Positions 50,145 to 63,859 of a DNA stretch of 64,000 nucleotides are shown one piece after another. Position 1 is the first letter of the stretch, and each line of letters begins with the position of its first letter. The notes under the pieces were generated by a model. It ran no database searches. It was not told the origin of the DNA and was given only the letters and a program-made list of their open reading frames with translations. This DNA comes from Chiloscyllium plagiosum. Its lineage: Eukaryota. The position numbers and the translations under genes are program-made. The stretch is from NCBI RefSeq assembly GCF_004010195.1, contig NC_057737.1, positions 16,022,950 to 16,086,949 of the forward strand, written 5' to 3'.

Positions 50145-51225
50145 TCATGGACTCATAGAGATGTACAGCATGGAAACAGACCCTTCGGTCCAACCCGTCC
50201 ATGCCGACCAGACATCCCAACCCAATCTAGTCCCACCTGCCAGCACCTGGCCCATNNNNNNNNNNNNNNNNNNNNNNNNNNNNNNNNNNNNNNNNNNNNN
50301 NNNNNNNNNNNNNNNNNNNNNNNNNNNNNNNNNNNNNNNNNNNNNNNNNNNNNNNNNNNNNNNNNNNNNNNNNNNNNNNNNNNNNNNNNNNNNNNNNNNN
50401 NNNNNNNNNNNNNNNNNNNNNNNNNNNNNNNNNNNNNNNNNNNNNNNNNNNNNNNNNNNNNNNTAGGAAGGAGACCAGAATTGCACGCAATAATCCAAAA
50501 GTGGCCTAACCAATGTCCTGTACAGCAGCAACATGACCTCCCAGCTCCTGTACTCAATACTCTGACCAATAAAGGAAAGCATTCCAAACGCCTTCTTCAC
50601 TATCTTATCTACCTGTGACTCCACTTTCAAGGAGCTATGGACCTGCACTCTAAGGTCTCTTTGTTCAGCAACACTCCCCAGGACCTTACCATTAGGTGTA
50701 TAAGTCCTGCTAAGATTTGCTTTCCCAAAATGCAGCACTTCGCATTTATCTAAATTAAACTCCATCTACCACATCTCAGCCCATTGGCTCATCTAATCAA
50801 GATCCCATTGTAATCTGAGGTAACCTTCTTTGCTTTCCCCTGCACCTCCAATTTTGGTGTCATCTGCAAATGTACTAACTAAACCTCTTATGCCCACATC
50901 CAAATCATTTATATAAATGACAAAAAGTAGTGGACCCAGCACTGATCCTTGTGGCACTCCACTGGTCACAGACCTCCAGTCTGAAAAACAACCCTCCACC
51001 ACCACCCTCTGTCTTCTACCTTTGAGCCGGTTCTGTATCCAAATGGCTATTTCACCCTGTATTCCATGAAATCCAACCTTGCTAACCAGTCTCCCATGGG
51101 GAACCTTGTCGAGTGCCTTACTGAAGTCCATATAGATCACAGCTGCCACTCTGTCCTCGTCAATCCTCTTTATTACTTCTTCAAAAAACTCAATCAAGCG
51201 TGTGAGACATGATTTCCCACGCACA
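50145..51225 (-). mobile_element. CR1 LINE spanning N gap 50256-50463
   Basis: GKSCLTRLIEFFE, YMDFSKALDKVPHGRL, GVPQGSVLGPLLFVIYINDL, FADDTKIGG. Confidence 0.95.
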
Positions 51226-52842
51226 AATAAATAATTGAAACTTCAGGAAGTTCCAGCTCTTAGATTAAATAAAACCCCAAGAACACTTAATTGAGATTGG
51301 ATGATTAATGTCTTACCACAGTTGACTGTGCCCTTTCTGAGCACTTTTATTGTTATGAAGTTCTAAATTATAAAAGTAATCTGTTTGTCTTCTCCTCCAT
51401 CTTGATCCCCTGATGACCCATTCCTCCACCCTGGCTTGATCAGAAAAGTTCATAATTTTGACTTCTTTCACCAATTTGCACAGAGTCAAATCTCTCTCTT
51501 ATCACTGTGGTACAGTGCATAACATCAGTGATTCATTATGTCTTACTGTGGGTCATTTAGAGGAATCTGGCTTGTTGCAATGATACCAGAGCAGATGAGA
51601 TCTGACCAAACAATTAAGATAATGATTAAAGATATCAGTGTACATGTTTTATTACATTCGCAACTAATGTGAATAAAGAATGGTTTCCTATAATTTTATT
51701 GCTCGCTAACTGGTAGTTGTCAGATTCAGAACAATGTGTGATTGTTAGTAAAATGTAAGATTTTAATTTATTGGAATGTTGGGATTGAATCAGAGGAATG
51801 TCGCTCCAACCTTCAGTGTAAGTGGCAGTTTTAAATTTACTAAATCAATCCCTCACTTCCTTATATTTAGACATAGGAAAAATATCATAGATGACAATTT
51901 GAATTTATATAATGACTTTAATGTAGCAAAGTGTCACAAGGTATTTAGAATGCTCCCACAGGAGGGTATAAAAAATAAATTATTCAGTGGTTGTAAAACA
52001 GAAGTATATTGTTTGAAAGCTTAGTACCAATGAATGTTGAAAAATATTTTCACACTTTTAAAATTATTGTTAACATTTGGCATTTTTCTCAAAACACACA
52101 AAAAATCCATTGCAAGTCAAGTTTCACATTATATAGCTCTTGAGAGAAAAAGCTACATTTGGTTATATGATCAAGTCAAACATACCATTCTTTTAAGAAT
52201 ACACGCAATCAGAATCAGTTTTGCTTGCACTGAATAGATGAAAATCTCAATTTCTGCATCGTGGTCTCAATTAAAAGATTTCTTGTGATACAACTGGAAT
52301 ATTTCACTGTCATATTATTATCAATGTTTAGTGATAAAATGATGGCAAAGATACATAACCTCATAGGAGTGGTTTGTTTGACCTAACCACATAACTAATG
52401 CAAATTTTGTCAGACGTCTAGGGAGAACATTCATTTTGGCAAAAGAGCCAAAAAGTAACTTTGACTATCCACTTTGGGAGTAACAGGAATAAATCTAATA
52501 TCTGTTTAAGAGTTTAGATGATAAGCTATTAACTTGCTACTCAGGAGTTAAACTGTCATTGGAGATCAGCTGTCCCTTAAGGACACCACCATTGATTACA
52601 AAGAATCTAAACATTGGGTAGTTTCTGTAATGAATGACCAATTCAGCCTTAGTCTTGCACACTAATGGCAAGTTGAAAATCTAACTATCAAACAAAATGG
52701 ATTTAATATTTGAGTTTGGGATTGTATGCAGAAGCACATGGTACTGAATGGAAACATATCAAGGAGATATTTAGCTTGTGCTGTCTTTATTCATAAGTTG
52801 AGATGAGTCTTGCTAAAGTGATACTCTTTCTTTTCTTGGCAG

Positions 52843-52949
52843 AAACCAGTGCAGCCTGTGGATGATCCCTATGGTTTAAATGCTGTCATTGTTTTTGGAA
52901 CTTTCTCTGTCCCATTAGCAGACATGTATCCTGAAATTACACATTTGGA
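52843..52949 (+). CDS. Unknown gene, exon 3 (KPVQPVDDPYGLNAVIVFGTFSVPLADMYPEITHL-E)
   Basis: Acceptor ctctttcttttcttggcag|, donor GA|gtaagt; only the phase-0 frame is open; ends in phase 2. Confidence 0.72.
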
Positions 52950-53679
52950 GTAAGTGGAGCTGCTTTATATTTTACCGTGGTGTCTTCAAACTGGCCATAT
53001 AGTTTTTTAAGTGCATAGAAACAAGTTCTTTACACTTAGAACTCCACTCCCTATTCCTTGGAGCGGCTTCTATTTCTCCTGATGTTTACAGTGATCTTCA
53101 GAGCAACATTCCATTATTCACGAAAATTATCATTTTTTATGGAGGTCTTTGTGAATTTTTCTGTGTTGTTTACAGATATTTGAGCAGACCATATAATAAT
53201 CATCAAAAGCAGTTTGATTTCTCCCTTCTCTTTCCTCTTTGTCAAGTAACATTTACTGTCCCAACTCAACACAACCTGAAGATTAGATAACTTCCTGGTT
53301 TGAGATTTAAAGCCAATGTCCTATTCTGTATTAAGTTTTATTGTTTGCTTTTCATTTCAGTAACAGTGATCATTTTTGCCCTTAATTCATTCCCATTGCT
53401 GAGACCCACACTGTATTTAATATTCAACCCCTCAATCTTCCATTCTCCACCCTACCTAACATCTCCAAAACAGCACCACGTGTCAGCGACCTCATCAGCA
53501 CCTACCACCTAGAACCTCCGTTCTCAGATAGACACACTGACTCCATGTCTTATAATTCATTTGATTCAATATCATGGTTTTCTTTTATTGTTACCTACTC
53601 AGTATTATGCTAGTTTAATTCCACATTCATCTCTATCCTTATGTCCCACCTGGACTCTCACATCTCCTCACTCTTCTGG

Positions 53680-54205
53680 ATTACTGTGTCCAGTTCTGGT
53701 TGCCCTGTTATAGGAAGGAAATTATTAGACTGGAGAGAGTTCCGAAAAGATTTACCAAGATGTTGATGGGACTGGGGACTTTGAAGTACAAAAATAGACT
53801 GGGTAATTTTTCACTGGACCGTAGGAGGTTGAGGAATGACCTTATTGAGTCTTATAATATCATGAGGGACAGAGATAAGATGAATAACAAGGTAGGGTGG
53901 GGGAGTACAAAAATAAGGGGCATACTTTTAAGGTGAGAGGAGCAAGATTTTAAAAACATATGGGGGCAACTTCTTTTACACAGAAAGTGGTTCATTTGTG
54001 GAATGAGCTGCCAGAGAAAGTGATGGATGCAGATACAGTTCCAATGTTTAAGACATTTGCATAAGTTCATATGCAGGAAAGGTTTGAAGGGATATGGGCC
54101 AGAAGCAGGCAGGCGGGGCTTGTTTAGTTTGGGAACATGGCTGGCAATGATGTGTTGGACCGAAGGATCTGTTTCATGCCATATGACGTTATGACTCTGT
54201 GACTC
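53680..54205 (+). mobile_element. CR1 LINE 3' fragment
   Basis: YRKEIIRLERVPKRFTKML, LRNDLIESYNIMR; tgactctgtgactct tail. Confidence 0.88.
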
Positions 54206-54827
54206 TGGATCTATAGCACAGGCTTCCTATTTCTCACCATTTTCCAGCTTTCCAATGTTGGAATAGAGTCTTCAACCATCTCAGCTCTAATTTCAGGAAT
54301 TCATCTTAATTTCTCATCTACCAGCTCTGAAGATTATATTTTCAGCTACACCTTTTTTTACCTTACTATAATACACTTCCTTCCATTACTGATATCGGCT
54401 TTAGTTGTTCACTAGAATAAAGTTGTCATAGTTCCAGATGATCTACATAAATGCAAATAAAACCAATACATTAAAACTTGATCCACCGATAACTTCCCCA
54501 ACCAGAAATCACGTTTGTCATTAAATGGCAGCATATCTTAAAGTGACATCCCAATCACTTCCATATCTTTAATAGAAAACAAAAATACCTTACTTTAAAT
54601 ACCAAATGCTATTGTCTTCATTGCCACATGTATCCTAATGAGATTAGAACATAGAACAGTACAGCACAGTACAGGCCCTTCGGCCCTTGATGTTGTCCCA
54701 ACCTTTTATCCTACTCTAAGATCAAACTAACCCACATACCCTTCATTTTACTACCATCCATGTGCCGAGTTGCTTAAATGTCTCTAATGTATCTGGCTCT
54801 ACTACCACTTCTGGCAGTGCATTCCAC

Positions 54828-55220
54828 CAGATGGTGGCATCATTAGTTTCATGAGACCATGAATCTGCACCAGGGAGGTCTTGCTTCAATCTTTGTTGGC
54901 AGAGCAGCGTCTGTTGTGGCTGTAGAGGCCCACATGGGAGTGGCAGTCTCGGCTGCAGCGACTGCACTTGATGGCGCTGTCCTCCAGTGTTGTCTTGGCG
55001 CTGTTTTCTTGGTGGGTGCGCTTTTCTTCAGCAGCAACCTCAGCTTCTCTTCTCCTCTTTTTAGACCATCGCGTAATTCCAACTTCCAACAAGAGCAATC
55101 GCCTGCAATGTTCACCCACATCTCAAAATCCATGTTCAGTGACTTCATGTCTCTCTTGCAGACAACTTTGAAATGAAGATGGGGCCGCCTCTGTGCTCTC
55201 TTGCCAGAGGCTAGTTCTCC
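54828..55220 (-). mobile_element. RTE (BovB-like) LINE 3' fragment inside CR1
   Basis: GELASGKRAQRRPHLHFKVVCKRDMK and C-terminal CSRCSRDCHSHVGLYSHNRRC. Confidence 0.85.
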
Positions 55221-57034
55221 ACTCTCTGTCTAAAGAACTGACCTCTGACATCTCCCCTAAACCTTCCTCCAATCACCTTAAAATTATGCCCCTTTGTGAT
55301 AGCCATTTCTGCCCTGGGAAAAAGTCTCTGAGTATTCACTCTATCTATACCTCTCATCATCTTGTACACCTCTATCAAGTCGCCTCTCATCCTTCTTCAC
55401 TCCAATGAGAAAAGCCTTAGCTTCCTCAACCTTTCTTCATAAGACATGATCCCCAGCCCAGGCAGCAGCTCCTCTGCAACCTCTCTAAAGCTTCCACATC
55501 CTTCCTGTAATGAGGTGAACAGAACTGAACACAATATTCCAAGTGTGGTCTAACCAGGACTTTATAGAGCTGCAGCATAACCTCACAGCTCTTAAACTCA
55601 ATCCCCATGCTAATGAAAGCCAACACACTATACACCTTCTTAACAACCCTATCAACTTGGGTGGCAACTTTGAGGAATCTATGGACATGAACCCGAAGAT
55701 CCTTCTGTTCCTCCACATCGCCAAGAAATGAGTTACTCCACACTTTTCCAGGTTGAACTCCATCTGCCACTTATCAGCCCAGCTCTGCATCCTGCCAATA
55801 TCCTGTTACAATCTGCAACAGCCCTCCACACTATGCACAACTCCACCAGCCTTCATGTCATCAGCAAACTTACAAATCCACCCTTCCACCTCCTCATCCA
55901 AGTTATTGATAAAAATTACAAAGAGCAGAGGTCCCAGAACAGATCCCTGCGGAGCACCATTGGTTACAGAGCTCCAGGCTATATACTTTCCATCTGCAAT
56001 CACCTTCTGTATTCTATGGGCCAGTGAATTCAGTATCCAGACAGCCAAATTCCCTTGTATCCCATGCCTCCTTATTTTCTGAATGAGCCTACCACAGGGA
56101 ACCTTATCAAACGCCTTGCTAAAATCCATATACACCACATCCATTGCTCTCCATCATCAACATGTTTTGTCACATTTTTAAAGAATTCAATAAGGCTTGT
56201 GAGGCATGACCTGCCCTTCACAAAGCCATGCTGACTATCTCTCATCAAATATGATTTTTCAAGTAATCATAAGTCCTATCTCTTAGAGACCCCTCCAATA
56301 ATTTGCCCACCACAAACGTAATACTGACTGGTCTGTAATTCCCAGGATTATCCCTACTCCCTTTCTTGAACAAAGAAATAACATTTGCCACCCTCCAATC
56401 ATCTGACACTACTCCAGTGCACAGTAAGGATGCAAAGATCATCACTAAAGGCACAGCAGTCACTTCCCTCACTTCCTAAAGTAACCTTGGGTATATCCCA
56501 TTTGGCCCAGGGGACTTATCTATCCTCACATTTTTCAAAATTTTCAACACATCCTCCCTCTTAACATCAACCTGTCCAGCATATCAGCCTGGTCATTGCG
56601 TCCTCACAAATGATAAGGTCCCTGTCACTAGTGAATACTGAAGCAAAGTATTCATTAAAGATCTCCCCTAACTCCTCCAACTCTAGCCACATGTTCCCTC
56701 TACTATCCCTGATCAGCCCTGCCCTCACTCTGGCCATTCTCTTGTTCCTCATGTAAGTGTAGAATGCCTTAGCGTTTTCCTTAATCTTACCGCTAAAGCT
56801 TTTCCATGCCCCCTTCTAGCTCTCCTAAGTCCATTCTTCAGTTCTTTCCTGGCTACCTTGTAACCCACTAGAGCCCTGTCTGATCCTTGCCTCCTCAACC
56901 TTAAGTAAGCTTCCTTCTTCCTTTTGACAAGCTGTTCCACATCCCTTGTCATCCAAGGTTCCTTCACCCTACCATCCCTTCCTTGCCTCAGTGGGACAAA
57001 CCTCTCCAGCATTATCAACAAATGCTCCCTAAAC

Positions 57035-57382
57035 AAACCATTCTCAAGGGGGGCCATATGGCCCTCTTAGGGGCCCTGGCATATTTGAAGGGGGTGGGGT
57101 GCACTATGACAAAGGGAGCCCCAAGGGTTGTCTAATTTGGAGCCTGATATCATGACATTTGCAGAAAAGTACCAAGTTCAACGATCACATTAGGCCTAAT
57201 ATTTGTTTAATTTCATACAGTCGTTTTTTTTTAAGTTTTGTCCAGTACGTCAGAATGTTTTCTTTGTGTTCAGTAATAAATGATTTCTTGTCTATCTGTT
57301 CATGTTGTACCCCTGTCTGAAATGGAGAACCTCTGAAGAGCTCCTAGGGGGACCGTGGCTAAAAAACGGTTGAGAATCACTG
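57035..57382. mobile_element. hAT MITE, same family as 38176
   Basis: 8-bp TSD ccctaaac (57027-57034, 57383-57390); TIR gttgagaatcactg; body homologous to 38176-38559. Confidence 0.9.
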
Positions 57383-59530
57383 CCCTAAACAACAACCACT
57401 TTTCTGTCATGCATTTTCTTGAGAACATTTGTTCCCAATTTCGATGCCCCAATTCCTGCCTAATAGCACTGTAATTTCCCCTCCTCCAACTAAATACTTT
57501 CCCATACTGTTTGCTCCTATCCCTCTTCATGACTATAGTAAATGTCAAGGAGTTGTGATCACTATGACCAAAATGCTCTCCCACCAGAAGATCTAATACC
57601 TGGCCTGGTTTGTTGCCAAGCACCAAATCCAATATGGCCTCCCCTCTAGTCAGCCAAACGACATATTGAGTCAGGAATCCTTCCTGGACAAACCTGACAA
57701 AAACTGCCCCGATCCAAACTATTTGAACTAAGGAGGTTCCAATCAATATTGGGAAGTTAAAGTCATCCATAACGACAACTCTGTTACTTCTGCACCTTTC
57801 CAAAATCTGCCTCCCAATCTGCTTCTCAGTGTCTCTTTTGCTATTGGAGGGTCTTTAGGAAACTCCCAATAAAGTGACTGCTCCTTTCCTGTTTCTGACT
57901 TCCACCCATACTGACTCAGTAGACAAACAATATTGTAAAGCTCAATTGCCCAAAGTAGCTTCAATAACTCAGGGTAATGTTGAGTTAATACTTTTCTTCC
58001 ATTATTAGTTTCCTTCGTACAATCTGGCTGAGTGACACCCCCAATTCCAATATTTTTCGTTTATTATTGGATTAGCAATAATAGGACCTGTTGAAAAGCT
58101 ATCATGCCTGGGCAGGTTGTTTCTGTTAACAAAGAACAGAGTCCAGTGTGTGAATGTATATAATTTCCAGCATACTCTGATATTACCCTGAATGATAATT
58201 TTAAACTGGTCATTGGTATAATTCTTAGCACAATTAGGATTATTTAACAAGATGTCTCCAATAATGACCAACATACAGTAATGTTCATCCAAATTCTCAG
58301 TAATTGGTGTTTGAAAAGGGAAATAGGTAGTAAAACACAGTTGATATGAAACTGTTAAATGATAGATTCACTATTTGTTAGCTGTAGTCAAGAAGCATTA
58401 ATGCCAGGACATATTATGTACTTTCACAGGTGAATGAAGAATTAAGTTAAGAAATATTGTGGGACCATTTTAATTTTGGGGGATTGTGTAAAACAGAGGA
58501 GATCAGGGGTAGTTATGTTAGCTCTTATAACATGAATACTGAGATGGGGTTCTGACAAAGAACAATCACCTGAAGATTTATTCCTAGAACTAAATGGATT
58601 ACAATCTTATCAGAGATATTTATATAGTCTGGACTCTATTGATGAACCTGATGTTCCTGATGGATATTCCTGATGGATTACAAAGCACAAAGGCAAGTAT
58701 TCAAGATGAGACTGATGCCTAGATACACAAATGTCACATGACACTATCTCATGGTTTGATTACACTATTAGCTCTCTTAAAGTCGCACATTTGCTCGATC
58801 ATTGATATATGCAATTTCACAACAATTACATTAGTTGCTTTCAAGTTAGTTCCAACAGAAACAAAAATGAAGGGAGGTCAAAGCAGAATTAATGGTAACT
58901 TTCTAAAGGAAATTGGATTAATACTTGAAGAGGAAAAACATGCCCTCATCCTACAGGAAGAAATTGGGTGGTCGGATTATCTTTCAAAAAGCTGTCGCAA
59001 ACATGATCAGCCAAATAGCCTCCAGGCTTTCTGTATTACTCTTGAATCATAGGGTATTATCTTGAGGTTGCTATTGTGGTAGTATCCCTCCCACTGAGCT
59101 GGGAGGCTTGGGTTCAAGACTTACCTACTCCATAGATGTATAATAAAAATATCAGAATCTTATTTTGAATTTTCTTTCAGGCAGAGGTAATTCTTGAGGC
59201 AGTTTTCAAAGTCTACATCATTTCAATAGTCACTAGATTGATTATCTGGAAAATTCATCCTCACTGTTGTTCATGACTTTCAATGGCTATTCCAACATTT
59301 CCACCTAGACACCTAATGTAGGATTAATACAATGCAATCAGATCAATTACCTCATCATCAATCCTTCATATGAATCACTTTTTCAGCATCCTGATGAGAT
59401 TACAGACTAGAGTTTTCCACTAATTTTCTGAACCTCATACCAGATTGATACCATTCTCTAAGGATTGATACCAGTTGAACAATTCATTTGTAATAATCAA
59501 TACAAGATGACAATTGCATTTAAATTTCAG

Positions 59531-59582
59531 AGAACCAACAGTTGGAATTCCTGAACCTGAGGAAGAGAATTCTGCATCTTAG
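59531..59582 (+). CDS. Unknown gene, exon 4 coding part (E-EPTVGIPEPEEENSAS*); exon extends to 59600
   Basis: Acceptor ttttaaatttcag|, phase 2 matches exon 3; TAG at 59580-59582; donor CAG|gttagt at 59600/59601. Confidence 0.55.
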
Positions 59583-61274
59583 GCAGCACCAGTGTAACAG
59601 GTTAGTCTTCAACCTTTCACACATTTTTTTTAACTTTCCTTAATTTGTAAGTCTTTTCAAGACTGTAAACATCCACCAAATTATTAATGAGGAATCAGAG
59701 AATTATTGAGAAATGAACTCTGGAAAGGAATTTTAATATGAATAAAAACTGAGAATGCTGGAGAAACTCAGCAGGTCTGGCAGTGTCTGAGGAGAGAGAA
59801 ACATAGTTAATATTTTGAGGTTCTTCTTCGGAACTGACTCCACAATTTGTTTGTTTGCGGGTAATGTACTGAATAGATGAATAGCACAATAGAGTGCTTA
59901 CATAATCTCATAATTTTGCCTATGTGAAGACAAAGACTATGTTTAAGGTGGTTGAAAATTGTGTGCTCTAAATATATTATTTTAAGATAGATTTATTGGC
60001 AGACCTTCCTCTACTTGCACCCAATTACTTAGGACACTATCTAGAGAAAAATCAGATGGACTCCCTTTCACAGCTATACAGTCTCTCTGCCAAACCTGTC
60101 CTGAATCAATCTGTGAAGGTGAGCTAATATGCCCTGGGTGGAAGAGCAGGGAGGTTGGTCTAACACTTCAGTGTTCCTTTACAGACAAATGAAAATCAAT
60201 CTGTCCTCTAACTTCCCTCCCAAGTGTCTGAACAATGAACGTAAAATGAGCCCTAATTTTACAACTCGTCAACCAAAGACCCTACGTTTAAAATTACCAC
60301 AACGCTTGGTAAATTCCAAAGACTGTCATCAAAGTATCTTGAAGTCTTAAAGCAGTATATTGCTCCCTGCAAGAGCACCCATGCTACGCATCTGTTACTG
60401 ACTGCTAACCATTGAGAACACCAGAAAAGGCACGCTTCACAAAATGGTTCATAGGCATTGAAACATTACTACAAGAGAAGTGACTTACTTACACACTCTG
60501 GCCCCACAACTGACCTAAAACATCATTCACTTTTGTTTCCATATACTTCTAACAAGCACATTGGGGTTTTGTAATACATTAGAAGGTGCTGCATAGATGT
60601 TGCACACCAAAATGCCTGCTCTTGTGAATGCTATTGTGAACAATAAAAAATTTAGAAATTTAAGAACTTCTTCCATTGCAAGACTAAATATTGCCTACCT
60701 GTTTTCATCTTAATTTGCCAGTTATTAAGTTCTTGTATCCCTCTCATGCTGGTGTTATATCACATTTCCCAAGGTTAATGGGGAGACAGGCAACGTACTG
60801 CTCCTGTTTCATTCACAAATAGGAGGTATGCCAAAAGTTGTGGTTTTTCACCTCCTAATTCCTCCTTCTCACTCAGTGAGGAAGCACACTCTCTGCAGAT
60901 TCTAACAGCTTTCTATTGTTCCTTTGCTAGACAAAAACATGGCAAGTCACTTCACGGGAACATTAAAAATCAAAACTTGACACTAAACCGCAAAAGGAGA
61001 TATTAGAGCCGGTCACGAAACTGGATGGTCATTGAGGTGGAGAGGCTAACATGGACAGCATTTGGTGCCTTTATAATGGTGTATTAATGAGTTTGGGACA
61101 AATAAGATGCTGCTGTTATTCAGCACCATGTCAGATTACAAAACATAGCATCTGCAAATGCAGGCCAGTGTATGTTGAAAATTATTTCCAGACCATTTGT
61201 AATTAAAGCCTGAAGCAGAACAAGAAAAAAAAATTCATTTAAACATGTCTGTGTCAAATATGTATGCCATGAAG

Positions 61275-61560
61275 ACTAAAGGGTGTAGGTTTAGATGAGA
61301 GGGGTCAGATTTAAAAGGAACCAGAGGGGCAACTTTTTCATACAGTGGGTGGTGTGTATATGGAACTAATTGCCAGAGGAATTGGTAGAGGTGGGTACAG
61401 TTACAGCATGTAAAAGACGTTTGGACAGGTACATGTTTAGGAAAGACTTAGAGGAATATGGGCCATACGCAGGCAAAGGGACTAGTTTAGTTTAGGAAAA
61501 ATTGGTCGGCATGGACGAATTGGGCCAAAAGGCCTGTTCCCAAGCTGCATGACTCTACAA
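61275..61560 (+). mobile_element. CR1 LINE 3' end
   Basis: gaggggcaactttttcatacag..tatggaac; gactagtttagttt 3'UTR. Confidence 0.85.
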
Positions 61561-62199
61561 TCTATGGCAGCAAAAAGCCTTCATCCAAATTCCAAAAGGG
61601 AATGAACTATAGCGTGATGAGAAACAGTGCGATTTGAGTTGGACTGAAGGATCTGTTTTCCATGCTGTACATATCTATGACTCTATAACTGTTGACCAAA
61701 ATGTTTACCCTATTTGTTATATGAACCAACTTACTGCCAAGGATGTGCAGTGGCTTTGAGGCACAGAACAATAAGCAACATTCATTAAAATTAAGTAACT
61801 AGTAACAGCATTGCTAGTGCTGAGGTACTATGACGTTAATAATGACGTCAATGTGATGCCAGTGAATCGGGACTTAGAGCGATGCTTATTCAGTAAGGAC
61901 AACCAGTTACAGTTTCATCCAAAGCATTAAAGCAAATTGAACAACATTACATTCAGATCAGGAAAGAATGTCTAGTTATCATCTCTAATTGTGAACATTT
62001 TCACCAATACTTACTGGAACAGATAAAGTGACATTGACTCCAACCACAGTGCACTTCAAAACATTTTTCCTCCAATTGCAACCATCTGCTCTAAAGTATC
62101 TTCAAAGAACGTTACTCTGGTTGGAGACACCATCTGACTGGGACAAATGAGAAAGGGACAAAGAGGCATATTGTTGGCCCACTGCCAAGAGTGGCACTC

Positions 62200-63060
62200 C
62201 TTATGAGAAAAGTCGAGGATGTCAATACAGAATGTGAAATTGTCCAGATTCCATGAGAAGTAACAGCTAGACAGAAAGTTAATAATCCAGCAGAGACATT
62301 GAAGAGAGAGAAGGAGAGATGTTAAAGTGGAGCCATATAAAACACCAAGGAATTAGATCGAGTTGGATTAAAAGAGAAATGTGGTATGACCAAACATAGG
62401 CAATGAGATTAAGTACCACAACAACTAGAGTGGTACATGTAATAAGTTTCAAGCAAACCAATCTACACAGGGGATCTCTTCACTCTAGTATGGACTGGTT
62501 CACCTTGTTACTGTAGACTACTATTCTGACTACTATTCTGACAGATCTCAATAGCTACCTTTGAAACTGCAGAATGCCTCTAAGCACACTTCAGTCAATA
62601 TAGATTTCCAAACAATGAGATGAGTGGCAATGGTCCTCAGCTCAAGTGAAAAATTTAGCCACTTCCTAAATAATTGGGTAATTTAATACTACACACCTCC
62701 ACATTACCCCTAGTCAAATGGTAAGGCTGATGTGGCAAAGAAAAATGTTAGTAGAATCATAAAGAATCTGAGCAGAGCCAACACAGCTCAGTTCAGGGCA
62801 TTCTGAAGGCACGAAACTAAATTGTAAACTGTTACCAAATTACTCTCCAAACAATGACTAAACTGCTGAAGGCAGAAATAAAAATATACCTGAGTTTCAA
62901 ATCATGGTGAAACAACAAAAGAGCCCCAAATTTAATTTTGACAAAACTGCCAAACCATTTCAGATTTAAGCACTAGATAGCCAGTCAGGGTACAAACCTT
63001 CATTGCTCTCAACAAGAGTCAGCCCGGGTAGCAACACGGAACCAATGTACAGTGGTTGTC
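62200..63060 (+). pseudogene. Highly decayed Ty3/Gypsy integrase
   Basis: DLFTL, LVTVDYYSDY, SGNGPQ (DNGPQF), PHYP*SNGKADVA motifs with stops and frameshifts. Confidence 0.75.
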
Positions 63061-63859
63061 ACCTCAAGCTTACACTGTGACATGAATGAAAAGATCAAAC
63101 ATCTCAACCACAGGAACATGAGCACAACTAAGAAAATTGCTCCTTTGCTGCAGGCAGCCAGTCGAGAAACTGTGAACTCATTTTATGCACAGACCATTGA
63201 TCAAACATTAATCTCGGAGGTCCACAGCTCCCTAACAAATGAAATGGAACAATTGTTAATATGACAACTACAAGTAACACAGTGATACTCCCCTGAGAGG
63301 TAACATAACGCAGACAAAAAGCCAAAAACATTGCTTTTGTGTGCCAATAAGGAATTAGCACAATTTAAAGATTATGACCTGATTTTTGGAATAAGGCCAT
63401 TCAGCCCATTGAATCTACTCTGTTCTCTACAAATTGTTCTCTCTTAATACTGATAATCGTCAAGTCTGGATTTTTGAAAAGATTGAGATTGCAGTCAATA
63501 ACAAACTAATCCTTCGGCAAGTGTGCAACAAAAACAAATCTGTTTTCTGTAAATCCTGCTTTGAACTGACTGTCATGAATACTGAGAAGCAGTCCCCTCT
63601 AAAATGTGGTATTGTAGTGGTTAGATATTGGCACGAAAGAAACATGAGCAGCAGAAAAGCCACAGCAATAAAATTCATTTGAAATGTAAGAGTTTAAAGT
63701 TGTAGGTTACCTGGACTGGGGATACCAAAGCTATGTTATACTGTGATACATACACAGTCATAAATTAGTCACAAATTAAAGTAATAGGACTGATCCTGTA
63801 GTATACAGACCATTACCAATTATAAGACAAGGATAATGTTACTATTGGTAGAAGGAAGC

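Larger units (their letters stand above)
54645..57925 (-). mobile_element. Long CR1 ORF2 (part of AP-endonuclease plus RT) hosting RTE and hAT insertions
   Basis: VVVMDDFNFP, EAILDLVLGN, GHSDHNSL, GNYRPVSIT, YMDFSKAFDKVP, PQGSVLGPLLF, FADDMK; (tagaaca)n tail. Confidence 0.95.

Noticed and set aside
50100-50765. ORFs spanning N run
   Set aside because: Artefacts of the assembly gap inside a CR1
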